DNA of 64,000 nucleotides from Bryobacterales bacterium (GTDB taxonomy: Bacteria > Acidobacteriota > Terriglobia > Bryobacterales > UBA6623), in the NCBI GenBank assembly GCA_963422375.2, contig OY729427.2, positions 640,001 to 704,000 on the forward strand. Reading direction: 5' to 3'. A program made the translations under genes and the position numbers. Positions 50,295-60,870 of the stretch are shown piece after piece. Every line of letters starts with the position of its first letter. The stretch's first letter is position 1. Under the pieces are notes generated by a model that saw only the letters and a program-made list of their open reading frames with translations, was not told the origin of the DNA and searched no databases.

Positions 50295-52034
50295 ATGCCT
50301 GGCGACGCCAGAGATCCGAACGTCCCGGAAGCGGACCTGCGACGCGCTGTCGCGGCATGCGTCTGGCTGGCCACCAGCCTAGGCGCAGCCGCCCAGCCCG
50401 CCAGCCCGGAGCTGCCGGTCTTCGAGGACCTGACCGAGAAGTCCGGCGTCGACTTCAGGAACGCGTCGTCAGGGACGTCCCAGAAGTACTTGCTGGAATC
50501 CATGGTCGGAGGCGTCGCGGCGCTCGACTACAACGCGGACGGCCTCCTCGACCTGTATTTCGTGAACGGCGCCGCTCTGCAGGATCCGATGCCCGCCGGG
50601 GCGCTTCCGGACAAGTCCGACCCCGCTTACTGGAACCGTCTCTTCCGCAACGACGGAGACTGGCGCTTCACGGACGTCACCGAAGCGGCAGGCGTCCGAG
50701 GCGATCATTTCGGGCAGGGTGTCGCGGCCGGCGACTACGACAACGACGGATTCCCCGACCTCTTCCTCGCCAACTTCGGCGGGAACCTCCTCTTTCGCAA
50801 CCGAGGGGACGGCACCTTCGAGGACCGGACGCAACGGGCTCGCGTCGCCGGCGGGGGCTGGTCCGCCGGAGCGGGATTCCTCGACTACGACCGCGACGGG
50901 CATCTCGACCTGTTCGTGTCCCGCTACGTCCATTGGTCCTTCGCGGACAATCCGTGGTGCGGCGAGCGGAAGCCAGGCCATCGCTCCTACTGCCATCCGA
51001 AGCACTTCGCTCCGATTCCGCACCTGGTCTATCGCAACGAGGGGGACGGCACGTTCACTGACGTGGCCGACGCCAGCGGCTTCGGCACGGCTCCCGGCAA
51101 GGGCTTGGGAATCGCCTTCAGCGACTACGACGGTGACGGCTGGGTCGACGTTCTGGTCGCCAACGACTCGTTCCCGCAGCAACTCTTCCGCAATCTCGAG
51201 GGAGCCGGTTTCGAAGAGGTAGCGCTGCTCTCCGGCGTGGCCTACGACGAGAACGGGCGGACTTTCGCGGGCATGGGCGCGGACTTCGCCGACTACGACA
51301 ACGACGGGCGGCCGGACGTGTTCATCAACGCCCTGGCTCACCAGCGCTACGCCCTGTTTCGCAACGACGGACAGCTGTTCGAGTACGTCTCCGGCCCGAC
51401 CGGGGTCAGCGGCATCAGCTCCATGCACTCGGGATGGGGCACTAAGATGTTCGACTACGACAACGACGGCCTGCGGGACATTTTCGTGGCGCAGGGGCAC
51501 GTGATGGACAACATCGAGCTCACCCAGCCGGATGTCAGCTTCATGGAACCGCTGGTCCTGATGCGGAATACGGGGCATGTCTTCGAGGACGTGTCGGCCC
51601 GCAGCGGGGATCCCTTTTCGGTGCCTCGCGCGGCGCGCGGAGCGGCCGTCGCGGACCTCGACAACGACGGATTCCTGGATATCGCCGTGAATTGCAGGGA
51701 CCAGCGGGCGGTGCTGCTGCGGAACCAAGGCACGAGCAACAACTGGCTCGCGCTGCTTCTCGTAGGGACCCGGAGCAACCGCGACGCAACCGGGGCGCAC
51801 GTGCGGGTTCGCCTCCCATCCGGCGAGGAACGGCATGCGATGGTGTCGGCCGCCGGCAGCTACCTCTCCTCCGGCGAAAGGCGCCTGTACTTCGGCCTCG
51901 GCCGAGCGCCCCGAGCGGAGCAGGTCGAAATCACCTGGCCCAGCGGGACCGTCCAGGAGCTGGCGGACGTCCCGGCGAACCAGACCCTGACAGTCACGGA
52001 GCCAGCCAGCGGGGGCGCGAGCTCGCCCGACTAG
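50295..52034 (+). CDS. CRTAC1 family protein (FG-GAP + ASPIC/UnbV)
   Basis: KYLLESM.GG, repeated DYD.DG, NRDATGA.V, SYLS...LYFGLG, ITWPSG. Confidence 0.92.
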   Translation: MPGDARDPNVPEADLRRAVAACVWLATSLGAAAQPASPELPVFEDLTEKSGVDFRNASSGTSQKYLLESMVGGVAALDYNADGLLDLYFVNGAALQDPMPAGALPDKSDPAYWNRLFRNDGDWRFTDVTEAAGVRGDHFGQGVAAGDYDNDGFPDLFLANFGGNLLFRNRGDGTFEDRTQRARVAGGGWSAGAGFLDYDRDGHLDLFVSRYVHWSFADNPWCGERKPGHRSYCHPKHFAPIPHLVYRNEGDGTFTDVADASGFGTAPGKGLGIAFSDYDGDGWVDVLVANDSFPQQLFRNLEGAGFEEVALLSGVAYDENGRTFAGMGADFADYDNDGRPDVFINALAHQRYALFRNDGQLFEYVSGPTGVSGISSMHSGWGTKMFDYDNDGLRDIFVAQGHVMDNIELTQPDVSFMEPLVLMRNTGHVFEDVSARSGDPFSVPRAARGAAVADLDNDGFLDIAVNCRDQRAVLLRNQGTSNNWLALLLVGTRSNRDATGAHVRVRLPSGEERHAMVSAAGSYLSSGERRLYFGLGRAPRAEQVEITWPSGTVQELADVPANQTLTVTEPASGGASSPD

Positions 52035-52095
52035 GGCGTGCGGACGGCGCACTTAGAATGGTTCTTGCGGGCCGCGTACCAGCGGCCGCGCCAGC

Positions 52096-53016
52096 ATGCA
52101 CAACGTCGTCGTGATCGGATCCGGCTGCGCCGGGAATACTGCCGCCATCTACGCAGCGCGGGCGAGCCTCGAGCCGCTAGTCATAGAAGGCCTGGAGGCG
52201 GGCGGCCAACTCAGCCTGACAACCGACGTCGAGAACTTCCCGGGCTTCCCCGAAGGAGTCATGGGACCGGACCTCGTCGACCGCATGAAGCAGCAGGCGC
52301 GGCGGTTCGGGGCGGCCTACAAGCACGGCGAAGTCAAGCGAGCCGACCTGTCGGCCCGTCCGTTCACCCTCTGGGTCGGGGGGGAGGAGCTCCGCACCAA
52401 GACGCTGATTGTCGCGTCGGGCGCCTCGGCCCGCTGGCTGGGCCTCGAGTCCGAGCAGGCGCTGATCGGGCACGGCGTCAGCTCCTGCGCTACGTGCGAC
52501 GGCTTCTTCTTCCGCGGCCAGCCCGTCTCGGTCGTGGGCGGCGGCGACAGCGCGATGGAGGAGGCCCTGTTCCTCACGAAGTTCGCGACCGAGGTTTCCG
52601 TGATCCACCGGCGGGGCGCGTTCCGCGCGTCGAAGATCATGCTCGACCGCGCCCAGCACAACGAGAAGATCCGCTGGATTACCAACGCCACCGTGGCGGC
52701 TGTGGAGGATCCGGAGGCTCGGTCCGTCACCAGCCTGAAGCTGCGCAGCACGATCGACGGAAGGGAATGGGACCACAAGACCGACGCCCTCTTCCTCGCG
52801 ATCGGCCACGTCCCCAACACCGGCATTTTCCGAGACCAGCTGGACTTGGACGACCAAGGCTACATCGTGTCCCACGGAGGAGCGAGGACGAACGTGCGCG
52901 GCGTCTTTCACGCCGGAGACGTGCAGGATCGCATGTACCGGCAGGCGATCACGGCCGCGGGAGCGGGCTGCATGGCGGCGATCGAGGCGGAACGCTTCTT
53001 AGAGGCAGAGGGCTAG
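52096..53016 (+). CDS. trxB: Thioredoxin-disulfide reductase
   Basis: GGQL..TT.VENFPG, CATCDG, GGGDSAMEE, YRQAITAAG. Confidence 0.96.
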   Translation: MHNVVVIGSGCAGNTAAIYAARASLEPLVIEGLEAGGQLSLTTDVENFPGFPEGVMGPDLVDRMKQQARRFGAAYKHGEVKRADLSARPFTLWVGGEELRTKTLIVASGASARWLGLESEQALIGHGVSSCATCDGFFFRGQPVSVVGGGDSAMEEALFLTKFATEVSVIHRRGAFRASKIMLDRAQHNEKIRWITNATVAAVEDPEARSVTSLKLRSTIDGREWDHKTDALFLAIGHVPNTGIFRDQLDLDDQGYIVSHGGARTNVRGVFHAGDVQDRMYRQAITAAGAGCMAAIEAERFLEAEG

Positions 53017-53046
53017 GCCCAGCTTCGCGTTCGGGCGATCGACCGG

Positions 53047-53538
53047 CTATGCCAACGTCTCGAAGAGCTCCATCTGGCTTGCCAGAGGCCGCCCGCGGGG
53101 GCCGACTACCGGACGCTTGGGCCGGCCTATGACACCGACCACTTGGAAGACTCTTACCGCCTCCCTCGGCACGAAGACCCGCTGCGTGTTGCCCTTGGAA
53201 TCCGGCGGCGTCAGCGTCACGCCGTGCTGGCCCAACGCGGTCAAGTCGTTCGGCATGACCCCCTCCAATTCCTCCCCGTCGCGAAAGCTCATGCGCACCC
53301 AGAGGCCGCCCAGCTTCGGACGCGTCGCGAACTCCCGTCTCTGGTACTTCGTGGGGTCGGGCCCGAACTCGCGGACGAAATACACCGCCCGGATGTCGTC
53401 GTAGGGAATCAGGACCGCCTCGGCGGTCCGGGCCATGAGCTCGATCCCGCGCGAGTGCAGGTATCCCTTCGGATACACATAGCCTTCAACCGCGTTCATG
53501 TTGAAGCGCCTCACGCACACCTTCTTGGTCGTCGACAT
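53047..53538 (-). CDS. Conserved hypothetical protein (DUF6982-like), divergent from xerD
   Basis: KKV.VRRF, AVYFVREF, RPK..GLWVR..F.DG, PPD..GNTQR.FVPR; family assignment from recall, not from a search. Confidence 0.65.
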   Translation of the reverse strand: MSTTKKVCVRRFNMNAVEGYVYPKGYLHSRGIELMARTAEAVLIPYDDIRAVYFVREFGPDPTKYQRREFATRPKLGGLWVRMSFRDGEELEGVMPNDLTALGQHGVTLTPPDSKGNTQRVFVPREAVRVFQVVGVIGRPKRPVVGPRGRPLASQMELFETLA

Positions 53539-53641
53539 CGACAAACTCCCTAGCGAATGTTTCGCGCCTACCTCATCCTAGTACGGGCGGTAGGCGCCAG
53601 TCAAGACGAAAGCGGGCTGAAATGTTTGGTACCATGGCCAT

Positions 53642-54541
53642 GTGGGCAGCGAGTGCCCAGACGACTCCGGGCGGGAATTTCTCGCGTATTGCAGCGTGGA
53701 GAAGGGCCTTGCGACGAGCAGTCTGGCAGCCTATCGGGACGACCTGACCCGCTTGTCCTGCTTCATGGCTCGACGCGGCGCGAGCCTCGCCGAGGCCGGC
53801 GACGGCGACCTGCGAGAGTTCCTCGGCTCGCTCTACGCCGACGGCTTGAACGCGCGGTCGATCTCGCGCTATCTGAGCACCATTCGCGGACTCTATCGCT
53901 ATCTCTTGGAGCAAGGCACCATCCGCGAAGATCCAACGCGGCACCTCGGTTCCCCCGGCCAATGGAAGCGGCTTCCGAAGTACCTCAGCCTGGACGAAGT
54001 CGACCAGTTGCTCGGGGCCCCGGATCGCGATACGCCGCTCGGCAGTCGCGACCTAGCGATGCTGCAATTGCTCTACGCGACGGGCCTGCGAGTTTCGGAA
54101 CTAGTCGCGGTCAAGACGGCCGAGCTCGACACCAAGATGGGCATTGTCCGCACGCTCGGCAAGGGATCGAAAACCCGCCTGGTGCCGGTCGGAGCCGTCG
54201 CGCTCGAGGCGATCGACGACTACGTGACCCGGTTCCGGGACCCGATCCTGAAGCAAGCGAAGTCCGAGTTCCTGTTCGTCACCGCGCGAGGCGGCGCCAT
54301 GTCAAGACAGGCCTTCTGGAAGCTGCTGCGGCGCTACGGGCTGGCGGCAGGCATCGGAGGGACCGTCTCGCCGCACGTGCTCAGACACAGCTTCGCGACG
54401 CACCTGCTGGAGCGCGGCGCGGACCTGCGCAGCCTGCAGCTCATGCTGGGCCACGCGGACATCTCGACCACGGAAATCTACACCCACGTGCTGCGGTCCC
54501 GGATGCGCGCGGTCTACGATTCCCACCACCCTCGAAGCTGA
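53642..54541 (+). CDS. xerD: Site-specific tyrosine recombinase XerD
   Basis: VEKGLA, LPK.LS, RD.AML.LLYATGLRVSEL, GKG.K.R.VP, SPH.LRHSFATHLL, LGHADISTT.IY, HHPR. Confidence 0.93.
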   Translation: MGSECPDDSGREFLAYCSVEKGLATSSLAAYRDDLTRLSCFMARRGASLAEAGDGDLREFLGSLYADGLNARSISRYLSTIRGLYRYLLEQGTIREDPTRHLGSPGQWKRLPKYLSLDEVDQLLGAPDRDTPLGSRDLAMLQLLYATGLRVSELVAVKTAELDTKMGIVRTLGKGSKTRLVPVGAVALEAIDDYVTRFRDPILKQAKSEFLFVTARGGAMSRQAFWKLLRRYGLAAGIGGTVSPHVLRHSFATHLLERGADLRSLQLMLGHADISTTEIYTHVLRSRMRAVYDSHHPRS

Positions 54542-54640
54542 GAGCCGACGGATCTCCCGGGGATCCGCCGTCGACTCCCGCGCGGGACGGCTTGGAACCG
54601 GCCCCGCCGCCGCCCAGGCGGACTCTGGTACGCTGCGCGC

Positions 54641-55858
54641 ATGGACGCAGCCGGCTTGCTGTCGCGCGATGCGCGGGTCATGCGCTCCTCCCTGATCCGG
54701 CAGCTCACTGGCTTGGTCAACCAGCCGGAAGTGATCTCGTTCGCGGCGGGATCGCCGAACGCCCGGACATTCCCGCACGAGCAGTTCCGGACGATCCAGA
54801 ACGAGCTGATCGACCGGTGGGGCGGGCACGTGTTCCAGTACTCGGTGACGCGCGGCAACGCCCGGCTGATCGGCGCGGTCCGGGAACGCGACCGGGCCGA
54901 CAAGGGAATCGCAGCCGGGCAGGGCGAGACTCTGCTCACCAGCGGCTCGCAGCAGGGCCTCGATTTCGTGGCCCGCGTCCTGCTGGATCCGGGCGACGCG
55001 GTCTTCGTGGAGAGCCCGAGTTACATCGGCGCCTTGGCCGCCTTCGAGAACTTCCGCGCCAAGCTGTTCGCCGTCAGGTGCGACGGCGCGGGCATGGACT
55101 TGGACGACCTGGCCCGCCGCATAGGCGAGGCCCGCGAACAGGGCCGACCCTGCAAGTTCGTCTACGTGATCCCGAACTTCCAGAACCCCTCCGGGGCCGT
55201 CTGGTCGCAAGCCCGCAGGGAGGGTCTCTACCAGCTCGCCCGCAGGGAAGGCCTGCTCGTGTTCGAGGACGACGCGTACGGAGAGCTTTACTTCGCAGGG
55301 GTCGACCGGGCGTCGCTGCGACCGATCAAGGCCGTGGACGAGGACGGGCACGTGATCTACATGTCCACCTTCTCCAAGGTCCTCGCTCCGGGACTGCGGG
55401 TGGCCTGGATCCACGGCCCGGCCGAGATCGTCAAGCGCATCGAGTACTGCAAGGAGACCGGCGACCTCTGCACTTCGACCCCGGGGCAACGCATCATCCT
55501 CGAATTCCTCGAGCGCGGCTGGATGCCCCAACAGGCGGATCGAGTGCGGGAGTTCTACAGCTCCAAGGCGGGAGAGCTGCATCGTGCGCTGCTGGTGCAT
55601 CTCGGCGAAACGGCCCGCTGGACGCGGTCGCGGGGCGGACTCTTCCAGTGGCTGGAGCTGCCCGAGCGAATCGACGCGCTGGCCTTGTTCCGCGCCAGCG
55701 TGCAAGAAGACAAGGTAGCCTTCATTCCGGGCGCGCCGTTCTTCGCCCACGGAGGGGGATCGAACACCCTGCGGCTTTCCTTTTCGAACGTCAGCGACGA
55801 AAATATAGGAGTCGGGCTGTCCTTGCTGGGCCGTCGCATCCACCAGGCGAGTGGCTGA
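54641..55858 (+). CDS. PLP-dependent aminotransferase class I (LysN/2-aminoadipate transaminase-like)
   Basis: ISFAAGSP, TSGSQQGLD, PNFQNPSG, EDDAY, TFSK.LAPGLR. Confidence 0.88.
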   Translation: MDAAGLLSRDARVMRSSLIRQLTGLVNQPEVISFAAGSPNARTFPHEQFRTIQNELIDRWGGHVFQYSVTRGNARLIGAVRERDRADKGIAAGQGETLLTSGSQQGLDFVARVLLDPGDAVFVESPSYIGALAAFENFRAKLFAVRCDGAGMDLDDLARRIGEAREQGRPCKFVYVIPNFQNPSGAVWSQARREGLYQLARREGLLVFEDDAYGELYFAGVDRASLRPIKAVDEDGHVIYMSTFSKVLAPGLRVAWIHGPAEIVKRIEYCKETGDLCTSTPGQRIILEFLERGWMPQQADRVREFYSSKAGELHRALLVHLGETARWTRSRGGLFQWLELPERIDALALFRASVQEDKVAFIPGAPFFAHGGGSNTLRLSFSNVSDENIGVGLSLLGRRIHQASG

Positions 55859-55919
55859 GCCCGCCGGGCCCAGGCACGGGGACGCGCCCCGCGCGTCGCT
55901 CCCGTCATCCGCCAGAGCC

Positions 55920-58844
55920 ATGGCCGCCTACCCCAACGACCTCGCCGCTCAGATCGGGAGCCGCGTCGAAGGCGAGGTTCGGTTCGATCGCTACTCCCGG
56001 ATCCTGTACTCGACGGACGCCTCGGTCTGGCAGATCGAGCCGATCGGGGCGGTGATCCCGAGGCACCACGGCGACGTGCGCTCGCTCCTGCAGATCTGCG
56101 ACCGGCACCAAGTTCCCGTCCTGCCGCGCGGCGGCGCCACTAGCCTGTCAGGGCAAGCCGTCGGCCACGCCGTGCATATCGATTTCGCCAAGTACATGAA
56201 CGGGATCCTCGAGACGAATCTCGAGGAGGGATGGGTTCGCCTCCAGCCGGGGGTGGTCCAAGACCAGCTAGGACGCCACCTCCGCCCGCACGGCTACCAG
56301 TTCGGCCCTAACACCTCGTCCGCCAGCCGCGGAACGGTCGGGGGCATGATCGGCAACAACTCCGCCGGTTCGCACTCGATCCTGTACGGCAAGACGATCG
56401 ACCACGTGCTCGAGCTGCGCTGCGTGTTCTCGGACGGCTCGGACGCCTGGCTGAGACCGGTCGCGAGCGGCGACCTGGAGCGGCTCGGAAGCGGCGACGG
56501 CCTCGTATCGTCGCTGTACCGGGAACTTCCCCGGATCGGGGACACCTACCGCGAGGAGATTCTACAGAAGTTCCCTAAGATTCTCCGCCGCGTCAGCGGC
56601 TACAACCTAGACGAGCTGGTGCGCAACGGCGACTCCTGGGGCGCGGGCTATTCGAGCGAGCCCGGCCCGCTGAACCTGAGCCGGGTCGTGGTGGGCTGCG
56701 AGGGCACGCTCGCGGTCGTGACCGAGGCCAAGCTGCGAATCGTCCGGTCCCCCGCGGCGAAGGGCATTCTAATCGTCCACTTTCGCTCGGTATTCGATGC
56801 CGTCGACGCCACGGAGACGATCATCTCGACCGCGCCGTCAGCCGCCGAGTTGATCGACGAGTTCATCCTCGACAACGCTCGGTCCAACCCCTCGTTCGCC
56901 GACAAGCTGGGCTGGGTGGACGCCGATGCGGAAGCCGTGATGGTGGTCGAGTACTACGGCGAGAGCGCGTCCGAGGTTCGCTCGAAGCTGGAGCGCTTGC
57001 GGCAGCTATTGGACTCCAAGAGAATCGGCTTCGGGTACCTGCTCGTCACGGATCCGGATCAGCAAGCGCAGATCTGGAAAGTGCGCAAGGAAGCTCTCGG
57101 AATTCTGATGTCCGTCAATGGCGATCACAAGCCGATCGCCTTCGTGGAAGATCCGGCCGTCCCAATCGACAGGATGGGAAGCTTTCTCAAGGAATTCCGG
57201 AACATCCTCGACCGCCACGGCGCGCGCGGCGGATATTACGGCCACGCCTCCGTCGGCTGCCTGCACGTGCGTCCGATGATCAACCTCAAGGATCCCTCGG
57301 AAGTTCGCACGATGGCGACGATCGCGGACGAGGTGTTCGGCATCGTGATGAACTACGGCGGCTCGATGTCGGGCGAGCACGGCGACGGCATCGCCCGCAG
57401 CCGCTACAACCAGTGGCTGTTCGGCGATACGATCTACAAGGCGTTCCTCGATCTCAAGAGGACGCTGGACCCGCGCAACATCCTCAATCCGGGCAAGGTC
57501 GTCAACGCTCCCGAACTGACCCAAGACCTCCGGTGGGGAGGAGACTACCGGACGATTCCGATTCAGACGAAGCTGGATTTCTCGGGCGAGGGAGGCTTCG
57601 CCCGGGCGATCGAAATGTGCAACGGCGCCGGGGTCTGCCGCCAGCGCATGTCCGGCACGATGTGTCCCTCCTACCACGCAACGATGGACGAGGAGCACTC
57701 GACCAGGGGGCGCGCCAACGCGCTGCGCGCGGCGCTCTCGGGGAGACTCCCTCCGGAAGAGTTCACGTCGAGCCGGATGCACGACGTGCTCGATCTATGC
57801 CTGGCCTGCAAGGCCTGCAAGACGGAATGCCCCTCAAACGTGGACATGGCCAAGATCAAGTACGAATGGCTGGACCACTACTACCGCAAGCACGGAGTCC
57901 CGGTGCGCGCCAAGGCCTTCGGCCGCATCGAAGCGCTGCTACGATCCGCCAGCCGGGCGGCAGGCCTGGTGAACTGGGCCGGGTCCCGCACGCCGGTTCG
58001 GTGGCTGAACGAGAAGCTCCTAGGCCTGGACCGGCGGCGGTCCCTGCCGCGCCTCGCCAAAGAGACCTTTCGCGCCTGGTTCGCCCGGCGCGCATCCTCG
58101 CCCCAAGCGGGCCGAACCGGAACGGCCGTGCTGCTGGACGATTGCTTTCTCAACTACAGCTACCCGCAAGTGGGAATGGCCGCAACCGACCTGCTCGAAG
58201 CCGCCGGCTACACCGTCCGGCTGGCAGACCGGCGCTGCTGCGGGCGCCCGATGCTGTCGATGGGCCTGCTCGACGAGGCACGGGCGGCGGCCGAGCACAA
58301 CGTCGGCGAGCTGGACGCATTCGCGTCCAAGGGCATCCCGATCATCGGGTGCGAGCCGAGCTGCCTGCTGACCCTGCGCGACGAGTACCGCGACCTAGTT
58401 CCCGGAGACGCCTCGGACCGGGTCGCGAATCACGCCCTGCTGCTGGACGAGTTCCTCGTGCAGCTCGCGGGTCGCCACGAACTGGACGTCGACTGGCAGC
58501 CCGCGGAGCGCGAGGTCCTGTTCCACGGCCATTGCCACCAAAAGGCCCATGTCGGCACGGGCCCGTCCCTAGCCGCCATGAAGCTGGTGCCCGGGCAGAG
58601 CGTGCGCGAAGTCAACTCGGGCTGCTGCGGCATGGCGGGCTCATTCGGCTTCGAGACGGACCACTACGAGATCTCGCAGCGGATCGGCGAGGAACGGCTG
58701 TTCCCGGCCGTCGAGTCTGCCGAGCCGGAAACGGAGATCGCGGTGAGCGGCGTATCGTGCAGGCAGCAGATCGAGCATTTCACCAGTCGGAAGCCACGGC
58801 ACGTCGCGGAGATTCTGAGAGACAGCATCGGAGACCGTGAATGA
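55920..58844 (+). CDS. FAD-binding/Fe-S oxidoreductase (YdiJ-like 2-hydroxyacid dehydrogenase)
   Basis: YSTDAS, PRGG.TSL.GQ, GHAS.GCLH, SGEHGDG, CNGAG.C, CLACKACKTECP, HCHQ, CCGMAG.FG. Confidence 0.9.
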   Translation: MAAYPNDLAAQIGSRVEGEVRFDRYSRILYSTDASVWQIEPIGAVIPRHHGDVRSLLQICDRHQVPVLPRGGATSLSGQAVGHAVHIDFAKYMNGILETNLEEGWVRLQPGVVQDQLGRHLRPHGYQFGPNTSSASRGTVGGMIGNNSAGSHSILYGKTIDHVLELRCVFSDGSDAWLRPVASGDLERLGSGDGLVSSLYRELPRIGDTYREEILQKFPKILRRVSGYNLDELVRNGDSWGAGYSSEPGPLNLSRVVVGCEGTLAVVTEAKLRIVRSPAAKGILIVHFRSVFDAVDATETIISTAPSAAELIDEFILDNARSNPSFADKLGWVDADAEAVMVVEYYGESASEVRSKLERLRQLLDSKRIGFGYLLVTDPDQQAQIWKVRKEALGILMSVNGDHKPIAFVEDPAVPIDRMGSFLKEFRNILDRHGARGGYYGHASVGCLHVRPMINLKDPSEVRTMATIADEVFGIVMNYGGSMSGEHGDGIARSRYNQWLFGDTIYKAFLDLKRTLDPRNILNPGKVVNAPELTQDLRWGGDYRTIPIQTKLDFSGEGGFARAIEMCNGAGVCRQRMSGTMCPSYHATMDEEHSTRGRANALRAALSGRLPPEEFTSSRMHDVLDLCLACKACKTECPSNVDMAKIKYEWLDHYYRKHGVPVRAKAFGRIEALLRSASRAAGLVNWAGSRTPVRWLNEKLLGLDRRRSLPRLAKETFRAWFARRASSPQAGRTGTAVLLDDCFLNYSYPQVGMAATDLLEAAGYTVRLADRRCCGRPMLSMGLLDEARAAAEHNVGELDAFASKGIPIIGCEPSCLLTLRDEYRDLVPGDASDRVANHALLLDEFLVQLAGRHELDVDWQPAEREVLFHGHCHQKAHVGTGPSLAAMKLVPGQSVREVNSGCCGMAGSFGFETDHYEISQRIGEERLFPAVESAEPETEIAVSGVSCRQQIEHFTSRKPRHVAEILRDSIGDRE

Positions 58845-59773
58845 GGCCGGCCGCGGAGCGGCTCGCGACCACCGCTCCGGTCACATGGAAGGTCGGCCTC
58901 CTAGCCCTGGCCATCAGCTTCCTGTGGAGCGGGAATATCGTCTCGATCAAGTTCGGGCTGGCGACGATCCCACCCTTCTGGAGCGCGTTCTGGCGGATGG
59001 CGGCAGGTGCCGCCGCCGTCGCCTTCTGGGCGGCCGCGAGACACGAGCCCGTCCTGTTCAAACGCAGCTGGCTGGGGCGGATGCTGCGACTGAGCACCAT
59101 GTTCACGGCGCAAATCGCGTTGTTCAACCTCGCGGTCGATTACACGTCGCCGGCGTACGCAGTCATCCTGCTCAACACCTGCCCGGTCTTGGTCAACATC
59201 ATCAGCCACTTCTTCGTCCAAGAAGACCGACTGACCGGCACGAGAGTGCTCGGCCTGGCCGCCGCATTCTGCGGCATCGCCTACGTGATGCTGGGCCACC
59301 CGGACGAGAGGCTCGCACCCGACCCAATCGCTGGCAACCTGCTGATGCTCGCCTCGGCCCTGCTGCTCGCGCTGCGCATCGTCTATACCCAGCACCTCGT
59401 GCAGCGTATGGACCCGCTGCGGCCCGTGATCTGGCAGATGGTGTTCTCGCTTCCCTGCTTTCTCACGCTCGCCTTGGCGTTCGAGACGCCGTTGCTCCGG
59501 CCGCTGACGTACAAGCCCGTCCTAGCGATCCTCTACCAAGCGATCATCGTAGCGGGCTTCTGCTTCGCCACGTGGACCTTCCTGCTCCGCCGGCACAGCG
59601 CAGGCAATCTCTCGGTGTACGCTTTCAGCGTTCCGATCTTCGGAGTGCTTCTCTCAGCGGCGCTGTTCGACGAGCACATGACCTGGCGGCTCGCGGTCGG
59701 TGCGGCGGCCGTCGCCGCCGGCATTGGCATCGTGACGCGGTCGAGGCGCGAGGAGCGGCGGCATGCGCACTGA
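58841..59773 (+). CDS. DMT/EamA family transporter
   Basis: About 10 TM helices, LWSGN, two EamA-like halves; ATGA overlap with the upstream gene. Confidence 0.88.
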   Translation: MRPAAERLATTAPVTWKVGLLALAISFLWSGNIVSIKFGLATIPPFWSAFWRMAAGAAAVAFWAAARHEPVLFKRSWLGRMLRLSTMFTAQIALFNLAVDYTSPAYAVILLNTCPVLVNIISHFFVQEDRLTGTRVLGLAAAFCGIAYVMLGHPDERLAPDPIAGNLLMLASALLLALRIVYTQHLVQRMDPLRPVIWQMVFSLPCFLTLALAFETPLLRPLTYKPVLAILYQAIIVAGFCFATWTFLLRRHSAGNLSVYAFSVPIFGVLLSAALFDEHMTWRLAVGAAAVAAGIGIVTRSRREERRHAH

Positions 59774-60870
59774 CAGGCCGTCCGCGCTCGGCCGCGTACA
59801 CTCCGGCTGAGAACGCCCTGCGGCGAAGCCTACTGGACTTCGCAGCACCACGGATCCGGGGGCATGCCTGCACGGTCCGGCTCAGGCTCCGTCCGAGCGC
59901 GCCTCCGCATCTGCCAGTTCCCTAGGTTTCTTCGTATTGCAAGCGCTTCCGATAGGCACGCGTGAATGCGGATCAGGTGTGCACCAAGGTCGCTGGCCAT
60001 TTCGCGGGAGCTTCTCCGCGGACTCAGCATTCACGAGGTCGAAGAGTTGAGCGAGACCCGGGCCTGACGAAAGTCCTTACGCAATGCACACTGTCTTCTC
60101 CGAGCGTTCGCACCGTCCAATCTACATCCTTTGGTTCTCGGTTACACGTGCCAGTACGGAGGATAGGACTCTCAGATCATCATTGACGCACCGACCAATT
60201 TGACAAGCAGTTTCCGGGATCGGCGGAATGCCGCCCATCTCGTTTGCCCTGTCGCCGTTCCGAGGCGGATCCACTCGGCTGGAGCCTCCATCCTAGCCCT
60301 AGCCGTCGAATGGTCACGGCCGGGCGGAGAGTCGGTTCCCGGGCTGTTGGACGGGGTGTCACGCCCCTCGACGGCCGCGAAACCGGTCCGTTCCGATCTC
60401 AGCCGGGCACGCTTGCGGCTGCTGTGCTTCTCCCGGTCTGTCGGAGCCATCTCATATTGCGACATCGCTAGCGAGACGACCACTTGATGTCTGAGACCTA
60501 ATTCCTCGTATGGTCGAGGGTTCGTGACTAGAGGTCATATTCGTCGATCCTAAAGGCAACAGAAACGTTAGATCAATCGCCCCAAAGATTCAATCTCTTT
60601 GCACTGTCAAAGACATCGAGCGATGGTTGGACGATCCAAATGTCCGCTTGGAATCCTACATTGTTTCGAATATTTCATCGGCAACAATGCTGAAGATTTA
60701 GACCATAGAAAAGTGGGAAATTGCAATGCACAATATGCACTCCATGCGTGAATATCGAGACGTTTAGTTTCGGATAATCGTGGCAATATCGAGTGAAAAT
60801 GTACAGTCTTTTTGTCGGATACCATTGGATTTAGAAGCAGATTTTATCTTGCATCTAATAGATTTCGTTG

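Noticed and set aside
53642..54541. Integrase of a prophage or island
   Set aside because: Sequence is typical chromosomal XerD in a housekeeping context; no att sites or phage genes seen
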